A stretch of DNA of 63,899 nt, the filler included, from Aduncisulcus paluster (lineage: Eukaryota): NCBI GenBank assembly GCA_024181965.1. It is 7 parts of 7 records of this genome, joined end to end, with 100 filler letters (N's around TTAATTAATTAA, not from the genome) between each part and the next. Parts side by side here need not be neighbours in the genome. Positions count along the whole stretch, not along the records: positions 55,344 to 62,416 come from BQXS01012442.1; positions 62,517 to 63,899 come from BQXS01012602.1; 5 more parts are not named here. One strand, written 5' to 3'. Position 1 is the first letter of the stretch; each line of letters starts with the position of its first letter. Under the pieces are notes generated by a model that worked only from the letters and a program-made list of their open reading frames with translations, was not told where the DNA came from and ran no database searches. This document shows positions 56,535 through 63,899 of the stretch, one piece after another. The position numbers and the translations under genes are program-made.

Positions 56535-59500
56535 TTATTTTCTCTCTTCTACCATAAGTTTCACCATGTCCACGCTCACTTTACACCTCACAAGTGTCTT
56601 TGGGAGTATTTTAAACATTGGATATCCTCTTATCTTAACGTAGCCTTGTCGATGTAAGGACTGTAAGTGTTGGATGCATAAATAATACGGCATCATGGTT
56701 TTTGGTCTGAGTAATACACCCATTAGCGGGGTTTGAAGATGAATGGGAATAGAAGTAAATAAAAGGGAAGAAGAATTACATTTCTTGTGCACTTCATTGA
56801 CTGAAATCCAAGAGAAAGCTGCTTGTTCTTCGTCATCTCTCTTCATCCGTCGCATCTCCTCTTCTTCTTCTTCTTCAATCTGTTCAGAAATCTGTTGAGC
56901 ATCTCCAATAACAACCGCCATTCCTTGACCCTCTCTAATAGCCTTTTGAAGTAATCTTTCTCGTCTTAACCTTTCTCTCTCTTCCTCTCGCTCTTTTTGA
57001 CGTAGGTTTCTCTCTTCATCTCCAACACACACAGCACACAAGACACGGATAAGAGACTGACTCATATGAGAAAGAATGGTTGATGAAGGCATACTCAAGA
57101 CTTCTTTACAGGCATGGATCATATCCACGGGTTGAAGCATTGATGGAACACGGCCAGAGACCTTTGATGGTTTTGGAATGAGCTTTCGAAGGTCTTTGAA
57201 GGAAGGGAACTGGGTTTCAAGAATTGAAATGGTTTCTTCAGAGAATGTTGATACATTACCTGTCTGTATTCTTTGAAAAATATCAATGAGATCAGATTTT
57301 TCAGAATCAAGGGAATCAAGGGAATCAAGTGAATCATCATAAGTTCTTCTTTTCCCAATTGTTCTATTCTTTCCGAATTGTTCTATTCTTTTTTCATTTT
57401 CTACCCCTTTCTCTCTCTCTTCTCCTCTTTCTTCACGAACAAAATGNNNNNNNNNNNNNNNNNNNNCAGAGACCTTTGATGGTTTTGGAATGAGCTTTCG
57501 AAGGTCTTTGAAGGAAGGGAACTGGGTTTCAAGAATTGAAATGGTTTCTTCAGAGAATGTTGATACATTACCTGTCTGTATTCTTTGAAAAATATCAATG
57601 AGATCAGATTTTTCAGAATCAAGGGAATCAAGGGAATCAAGTGAATCATCATAAGTTCTTCTTTTCCCAATTGTTCTATTCTTTCCGAATTGTTCTATTC
57701 TTTTTTCATTTTCTACCCCTTTCTCTCTCTCTTCTCCTCTTTCTTCACGAACAAAATGTGATAAACCCAGAACAATTCTCTTCCCATGAGCCTCCAGTGT
57801 CCTTTTCCTCTCTTCGAGGGCAGATCTAAAAATCCCAAGAGCAACTCTAGCATCCCCACTGACGCTACTAACTTTCCGACAAGTATACAGAAGAGCAGGG
57901 TTGGACACAAGAGAGAAAGAAGAAGGAAAGAGACATTGGAGGAATTGGAATACCATCTTATCTAACTCAGGGTCATCTTTGACTCGAGTGGATTGTTGGT
58001 GTGTACTATAAATAGGATCTTGAGAATGTTTAATAACCTCAGCATTCATTGTTGAATTCTTATTTCCTTTTTCTGTTTCTTTAGAAAACAGTTCTTCCTC
58101 TTCTATTTCTTCTTCCTCTTCTTTTTCTTCTTCCTCTTCTTCTTCTTCTTCTTTTTTCATCCTATTTATAAGCTTTCGAGTTTTTGTCACTCTTTTTTTC
58201 ACTGGTTTTGGAGGTAATCCTTTTTCTTTCCTTTCCTTCATTTTCTGTTCAATTGCTCTTCTTCTTATGGATATACCAGTGATTCTTTCATCTGTATATT
58301 CTTCCTCTTCTTCCTCCTCTTCCTCCTCTTCCTCCTCTTCTTCATTCTCTTCTTTTTTATGGGTCATTTTCTTAAGTTTCTTTCGTTCCATCTTTTCTCT
58401 CTTTTCTCTCTCTTTCTTTTGCTTTTCTCTTTTCCTTCTTCTCTCTCTTCTCTCTCTCTCTCTCTTTTCTCCTTCTGACAACTCTGAAGTGTTTTCTTCT
58501 TCCTCTTCTTCCTCTTCTTCCTCTTCCTCCTCTTCTTCGTCCTCCTCTTCTTTTTCTCTCTTTTTCCTTTCTTCTTCTTCTCGCTTTTTGGCTCTTTCTT
58601 CTCTCCTTCTTTCCTCTTCTTTCTCTTTTTCGCTCATTCTTCTTATGGATATCATTCTTTGCTCTTGCTTCTTCCTTTCCATGGCTTGTTTACGTCTTTT
58701 CAAGACAATATCTTTCTCTTTCCTCTCTTCCTTTTTCCTCTCTTTCTCTTCCTTTTTATCTTCTTTTGTCAGTATTATAGATTCATCCACTTGACGAATT
58801 CTCTCCTTAACAATCTCAAGCAGTTCATTACCTGTGTAAGGTTTGAAAGTTAAGCATTTGACACGTAAACCGATGTCGGAAGGGAGAGTAGATAGTAAAG
58901 TAAGCGTGTTTGCTACAAAAATAGATATAATCGGGGGTAATTTGAAAGAAGGAAGGAAACTCGAAGATACAGACCAAAAAAACAGGGTGGAAATAACATC
59001 AGATAGAGGTGGGACATGCTCAAGAAAGGGGAATTTCTGTCCAAGAGCAGCAATTACGCTATCGGGGACTGATGAAGACTTTCGAGCTTTCGTTGGATTC
59101 GTTCTGGATTTAGAAGCAATCTTCTCATCGGTTCCATGGATTGCCAACGTTGATGATTTCGGTAATAGCGCATCAATCTCGTCTACGATAAGAATGATGG
59201 GGGCAAGTTTCTTTGAAGAATCAATAATCCCAAATTCACGCCACCTTCGTTGCTTTTCACGGAGAGAGCGATTCCCTATGAAATCTTCATGTTTTCCAGT
59301 GTTATATAGTTTATCATCCTGCGTGGGTAGCTTTTTATCATCTTTTTCAAGACAGCGAACATCAAATTTTCCAGTTGAGAAGTAGGAAGACAGTAATTTC
59401 TTTGAATGATCAACAGCAATTTTTTCGTCTAATATTTGTTGTAATATGCTCTGATAGACAAGTGTTGGTTTGGAAAAAGACATTCCATTTATGTATACGA

Positions 59501-59750
59501 TATTATGACTTGGTAAATCAGTTCTCTCGCGAAGCATTCGAATAACTGTATTAATCGACAAAGTCTTACCAATACCAGGAATTCCACTAACAAATAGAGT
59601 TGTTTTCTCCTTTCTTGTGGTCATAGTCTTTTTACATAGCAGATTACTAATGAATGAAGTAATTGTATTCACTTCACCAGTTCGACTGCTTGGGGATTTA
59701 GATGGCTGATTTAATTGGAAAGAGAAAATTGCATTTTTCAATTTTTCCAT
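56535..59750 (-). CDS. CDC6/ORC1: Orc1/Cdc6-family AAA+ replication initiator with a large E/K/R-rich insertion; contains a 292-bp gap duplication
   Basis: LFVSGIPGIGKT (Walker A), YINGMSFSKPTLVY, IILIVDEIDAL (Walker B), FVANTL, LTFKPYTGNELLEIVKERI, RKVSSVSGDARVALGIFRSALE. Start codon uncertain (59750 or 59843). Confidence 0.88.
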   Translation of the reverse strand: MEKLKNAIFSFQLNQPSKSPSSRTGEVNTITSFISNLLCKKTMTTRKEKTTLFVSGIPGIGKTLSINTVIRMLRERTDLPSHNIVYINGMSFSKPTLVYQSILQQILDEKIAVDHSKKLLSSYFSTGKFDVRCLEKDDKKLPTQDDKLYNTGKHEDFIGNRSLREKQRRWREFGIIDSSKKLAPIILIVDEIDALLPKSSTLAIHGTDEKIASKSRTNPTKARKSSSVPDSVIAALGQKFPFLEHVPPLSDVISTLFFWSVSSSFLPSFKLPPIISIFVANTLTLLSTLPSDIGLRVKCLTFKPYTGNELLEIVKERIRQVDESIILTKEDKKEEKERKKEERKEKDIVLKRRKQAMERKKQEQRMISIRRMSEKEKEEERRREERAKKREEEERKKREKEEEDEEEEEEEEEEEEEEENTSELSEGEKRERERRERRRKREKQKKEREKREKMERKKLKKMTHKKEENEEEEEEEEEEEEEEEYTDERITGISIRRRAIEQKMKERKEKGLPPKPVKKRVTKTRKLINRMKKEEEEEEEEEKEEEEEIEEEELFSKETEKGNKNSTMNAEVIKHSQDPIYSTHQQSTRVKDDPELDKMVFQFLQCLFPSSFSLVSNPALLYTCRKVSSVSGDARVALGIFRSALEERKRTLEAHGKRIVLGLSHFVREERGEEREKGVENEKRIEQFGKNRTIGKRRTYDDSLDSLDSLDSEKSDLIDIFQRIQTGNVSTFSEETISILETQFPSFKDLRKLIPKPSKVSXXXXXXXHFVREERGEEREKGVENEKRIEQFGKNRTIGKRRTYDDSLDSLDSLDSEKSDLIDIFQRIQTGNVSTFSEETISILETQFPSFKDLRKLIPKPSKVSGRVPSMLQPVDMIHACKEVLSMPSSTILSHMSQSLIRVLCAVCVGDEERNLRQKEREEERERLRRERLLQKAIREGQGMAVVIGDAQQISEQIEEEEEEEMRRMKRDDEEQAAFSWISVNEVHKKCNSSSLLFTSIPIHLQTPLMGVLLRPKTMMPYYLCIQHLQSLHRQGYVKIRGYPMFKILPKTLVRCKVSVDMVKLMVEERK

Positions 59751-60060
59751 TATAATGCCTATCCAAGATGCCCACAGCAACAAATAGAACACAAATCTGT
59801 TTTTGGGGGGAATCATGATAAATATTTTCAATGTTATTTCCATAGATGTAAATAAACTGTATTTTTAGGATTGGATAATATTTTATTCCTCTTTTTTATT
59901 TGTGAGACGCTTCAAACGACTCGAATCATATATCTTCTGAAATATTCAAATTGAAATGGATATATCTTAGAAAACTGAAATAAAATGCCTTGAATATCAT
60001 GTGGGTTATGAAAGACTTTAACAAATATCTTTCATTTGTCATTTGTCGTGTTTTGCCACA

Positions 60061-62244
60061 ATGTCTGACAGTACGCAAAAAATGCAGCAAGAAATTCCTC
60101 TTGATGGCAGTAACATACTAATTGAAGACGACGGAGATGGAGGATTTGATTTTGCCGAACTTGATGAGAGTGGTGAATTAGATTTTTCACAAATGTTTCC
60201 TGATGAGGTTAAAGCTGGTGAAAATCCGATTCTCCCCCTCTCCCCAACCACCAAACAAACCAAAAAGGAAGCCCATAATGATCCTAAAGATGAGGTATTG
60301 GTTCCCGATATCAATCCCCCTAAACCTTCTGATCTAATCACTAGTTCTCCTTTGAAACGTTCATATACCGAAAACATTGTACATAATATTGAATTAGAGC
60401 ATACTGAAAGTGGACTTGACCTTTTATCTGAAGATCATGAACATATGGGACATTATTCTCAAGAACTTCTTACAGCTGATTTAGAGGCATCTGACGCTGC
60501 CTGGCCATCAAAACCTGCATCAAGATGGACTGATCAAGATGTTTCAAATGCTGTAATGCAAGCTGAAAAGAGAGGTGAAGAAAGAGCCAGAAAGAAGTTC
60601 TTATCTGCTGCTGAACGACGTATGAGGGCTGAACTTCTTCTCAGAATGAAGGAAGAAGTTCGCCAACAACTCATTACTGATTTAGAACCAGGTGTAAGAC
60701 TTAATATTGTCTCATATCTCCCAGAAGATCAACGGAAGTTGTTGATCGAGAATGAAGTGAGCAAACGTGTGAGATCTATTGAAATTAAACTCCGTGATAA
60801 ATTAACGAAATCCATTAGAGCGGAAGAACAAAAGAATGCCGATGAAAGAATTCAATCTGAAGTTTCCAAACAAGCAAGGGAAGCTGTCTCAAAGGAGAAA
60901 GATAAAGCTAGACGGATGTTGGCTGAGGCTGAAAGACGCATGAAGGAACTTAAGGGCCGTGAAGATCTCGACAAACAGGTTAAACTGCTTCAGAAAAGAC
61001 TTAGTGATGCTCAGACAAGAAAAGAACGGGAGGTAGCTTCTGCCAAGTCTAATGTTGTGAATTTGAAGAAGAAAGTGGAGAACTTGAAGAGTGAACTTGC
61101 TAAGCGTGCCTCAAGAATCGCTGAACTTGAAGGGCTTGTAGAAGAGAAAGAAGGGAAGATAGTGTCAAGTGAAGAGCTCATTCAACACCTTCATGAGCGT
61201 GTTCAGACAATTTCCGCTCAGATGGAGAGTATCCAGGATCAAAACGATCGTCTCGATGCTGCTCTACAATTGAGGGAAGACGAGCTAATCCGTGTCAAGA
61301 GTGCACGTGCACAAGCTCTTGTGAAATCTCTCCAATCGTCACCTAGTCGTTCTCGTTCCCAACAACAGCAACAGCTTGGCCAGGGTGGACCTGCGGGATC
61401 CGTCTACCTTCAGAAAGCTTACCCTTCCTCCCCTGGCTCTACTCGTGCCCTGCTGACAGCTGGTGTGGCAACCAGTCCTTCTTCCGCTTCAATCCTTCAA
61501 TCTCCTCCCATATCTCCATCATTCGTGCGCAAGAATAGCAGTTCAGGTGTCGAGAAGAGCCCCGGTGCTCCCGCTGCCAGTCTATCTGGTACTCATAGTA
61601 AGAAACTTACCGCTTCTGGATCTCTGAGAAGGAGTCAATCAATGCAAAGCCATGCAGGTTTTACTCATCTTCATGCTCCTCGCATGCCTTCTCCATCAGC
61701 CTCCAGAGCTACTGATAACCCATCGTCTCACATTCATTCTCATTTTATCCATGAAAAAGAAGCCCATAACGTGTTTCTGTCGACCCCTCCCATTATATTG
61801 CCCCAAGATGAGACCGGTCATCGTCTCGGTGTCGTTACAAGGAAGTTATTCGCACTCTGGGATGACATTGAGGAGAGTTTCGTAAGGAGGAATAAGTTGA
61901 TTTCTTTTGTCCGGGATTGTGTCGCTGCCAACAGGTGTGGAACTGCTTTGAAGACCTGCTTGAAAGAGTACAAACGGATTGTGAGTGTGAAAGAAAGCGT
62001 CGGAGTTCTAATTAATCAAATAAGGAAAAGGGAAGACCTTCGTGAGCGTGTTGTGGGGATTCGTCAAGGCTCAGGTTCAACAGCTTTTGGAGAGGAGGAT
62101 GTTTCTGAGGATCTTGCAACTATGTCAACAGAAGTCTGGAAAATGCTAAATGATCACAAAACAAGAACTGGCTCATCCATTAAATATCGTGGCTATGATT
62201 ATCTTGAGCTTATGAAGAGTGAAAGAGAAAAAGAAGGAGTGTAA
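60061..62244 (+). CDS. Long coiled-coil protein with Ser/Pro-rich linker and C-terminal helical domain
   Basis: About 727-aa ORF with an extended heptad-rich region; no family recognised. Confidence 0.75.
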   Translation: MSDSTQKMQQEIPLDGSNILIEDDGDGGFDFAELDESGELDFSQMFPDEVKAGENPILPLSPTTKQTKKEAHNDPKDEVLVPDINPPKPSDLITSSPLKRSYTENIVHNIELEHTESGLDLLSEDHEHMGHYSQELLTADLEASDAAWPSKPASRWTDQDVSNAVMQAEKRGEERARKKFLSAAERRMRAELLLRMKEEVRQQLITDLEPGVRLNIVSYLPEDQRKLLIENEVSKRVRSIEIKLRDKLTKSIRAEEQKNADERIQSEVSKQAREAVSKEKDKARRMLAEAERRMKELKGREDLDKQVKLLQKRLSDAQTRKEREVASAKSNVVNLKKKVENLKSELAKRASRIAELEGLVEEKEGKIVSSEELIQHLHERVQTISAQMESIQDQNDRLDAALQLREDELIRVKSARAQALVKSLQSSPSRSRSQQQQQLGQGGPAGSVYLQKAYPSSPGSTRALLTAGVATSPSSASILQSPPISPSFVRKNSSSGVEKSPGAPAASLSGTHSKKLTASGSLRRSQSMQSHAGFTHLHAPRMPSPSASRATDNPSSHIHSHFIHEKEAHNVFLSTPPIILPQDETGHRLGVVTRKLFALWDDIEESFVRRNKLISFVRDCVAANRCGTALKTCLKEYKRIVSVKESVGVLINQIRKREDLRERVVGIRQGSGSTAFGEEDVSEDLATMSTEVWKMLNDHKTRTGSSIKYRGYDYLELMKSEREKEGV

Positions 62245-62516
62245 TATTTTTTATATATATTCTAAAATGTATTATTATTGATCTAATCTTTGATTGTTTT
62301 GGGAGAGGTTTCTTTTCACCCTTTCTCCTCCCTCATTTTTTCATTGATTGTTCTCCTTCTCGCTCCTACCATTTATATTTCAATATATCTATTTCTCAGT
62401 TGCCTATTTTTAGATCNNNNNNNNNNNNNNNNNNNNNNNNNNNNNNNNNNNNNNNNNNNNTTAATTAATTAANNNNNNNNNNNNNNNNNNNNNNNNNNNN
62501 NNNNNNNNNNNNNNNN

Positions 62517-63020
62517 GTTGTAGAAAACGCTGATCGTCTATACATAGAGATTACTGTCACTTATGGTGATGCAGGATTACAATCACTTGAGTCAGCAACA
62601 TCCAAGAAGATTGAGAAATATTCAAGTATACCAAACCTGATTGTTCTTGCATTCACACATTGCGGCTGCTTCCTTAAATCCTGCATTGATGACTTGGAAG
62701 AAGGCCTCTCTATTAGTACGATCCAAGCCACACGAATAATGTCTGATGCTGCTCAAACAGCTTTCCGTGAGAGCCACCGAATACTCTCAGTAAGATATGC
62801 TCGTAGTCGTCGGATGTAGACAAGTATTGTGCTCTTTCTTTGCCCACCCTATCCTCTTATCTCTATTCTCACCTCTTCTCTACTGAATACCTTCACTCCT
62901 CTCCTTATATCATCTCCCCTCTCCTCTAATTTTTTCTTAAATTATAATGAGTGTTAAGAAACACTATTTTGTTTTTATTATATTCTTTCCCAAAAAAAAA
63001 AAAAAAAAAAAAAAAAAAAA
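62517..63020 (+). mobile_element. 3' end of an RLE-type (R2/NeSL/CRE-like) non-LTR retrotransposon: endonuclease C-terminus (ORF stop at 62819), pyrimidine-rich 3' UTR and poly(A)
   Basis: The frame from 62517 reads VVENADRLYIEITVTY...LESATSKKIEKY...LIVLAFTHCGCF..., i.e. the (D/E)-I/V-T-V...KxxKY...G pattern. An A-run of about 29 nt lies at 62992-63020. Confidence 0.65.
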
Positions 63021-63542
63021 CAACAAACAAAACAACATCCACCCTCGACAACTCCTATACTTCTATTTATTTTATTTATTTTATTTCTCTACTCCCCTCG
63101 CTTTCCTCNNNNNNNNNNNNNNNNNNNNCTTGGAAGAAGGCCTCTCTATTAGTACGATCCAAGCCACACGAATAATGTCTGATGCTGCTCAAACAGCTTT
63201 CCGTGAGAGCCACCGAATACTCTCAGTAAGATATGCTCGTAGTCGTCGGATGTAGACAAGTATTGTGCTCTTTCTTTGCCCACCCTATCCTCTTATCTCT
63301 ATTCTCACCTCTTCTCTACTGAATACCTTCACTCCTCTCCTTATATCATCTCCCCTCTCCTCTAATTTTTTCTTAAATTATAATGAGTGTTAAGAAACAC
63401 TATTTTTTTTTATTATATTCTTTCCCAAAAAAAAAAAAAAAAAAAAAAAAACAAACAAAACAACATCCACCCTCGACAACTCCTATACTTCTATTTATTT
63501 TATTTATTTTATTTCTCTACTCCCCTCGCTTTCCTCTAACAA

Positions 63543-63720
63543 TGCCTCACGGCCTCCTTGACCGCTATCCATCTTCCTGTTACCTCCCCCATGAACCTCA
63601 AGTACCCCTCGTGGGTGAAAGCGAAATGGGGTGATTGGTAACAGAAAGATTGGATATGTCTCTCTCCCTCTCATCCCCCAGCACCTAGGGTGTCACGTTT
63701 CTGATTCCCAACAGGGATAG
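63543..63720. ncRNA. Unclassified structured RNA candidate
   Basis: Long stem TATCC-ATCTT-CTGTTACC-CCCCAT (63566-63592) pairs with ATGGGG-GGTAACAG-AAGAT-GGATA (63626-63656); apical TACCC/GGGTG hairpin; small 3' hairpins GCACC/GGTGT and TCCC/GGGA. Confidence 0.45.
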
Positions 63721-63899
63721 ATATTAAGAGAAATTCTTTTATTTCCTTACGAGGTTTTCTTTTCTTTTCTTTTAATAAACTAACTACTTATTACTATACT
63801 GTACTATACTATACTCTCTTTATTATGTATCTATGTTCTCATCATGATCTGCTCTCATTATGATGACGCTCTTGCTTTGATTATTTTCTTAAATTACTC

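Noticed and set aside
63587..63634. ATGAA...GAA / GCGAAATGGGG as a SECIS, HDV ribozyme or TPP riboswitch
   Set aside because: No SECIS upper stem or upstream in-frame TGA gene, no HDV P1/P1.1/P3 topology, and no UGAGA TPP motif.

Overview
This is not a prokaryotic window. It is a gene-dense, AT-rich eukaryotic (protist) draft assembly made of 7 unrelated contigs joined by 100-nt artificial linkers (N44-TTAATTAATTAA-N44). Five 20-N gaps have flanks duplicated by about 290-420 bp, which I read as unmerged overlaps or haplotypes. The genetic code is standard. Arginine deiminase, few 5'-biased GTATGT introns, E/S-rich low-complexity proteins and a C-terminal domain I recall from Aduncisulcus proteins point, by inference, to an anaerobic fornicate (Carpediemonas-like) metamonad. 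Recognisable genes: DMT/EamA transporter, N-truncated Prp31, RPS15A, Nuf2, RPS18, RPS24, a GSKIP-domain protein, a two-domain arginine deiminase, M28 peptidase, TFIIH p52/Tfb2, Pol I RPA2, a multi-RRM protein, an LRR protein, an alpha2delta/CACHD1-like VWA-Cache protein, Pescadillo, KRR1, DYNC2LI1-like, RICTOR, RPL3 and Orc1/Cdc6. I reconstructed seven phase-consistent spliceosomal introns that the ORF track misses. One contig (42739-48528) is a nest of transposable elements: Harbinger-like, gypsy-like gag/pol, hAT-like, and a PHD-like + CACTA/Plavaka-type transposase split by a perfect hAT MITE. The last contig is the 3' end of an RLE-type non-LTR retrotransposon followed by a structured-RNA candidate. 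The least explained signal is a recurring intergenic architecture of chained, abutting perfect palindromes with 1-nt centres.
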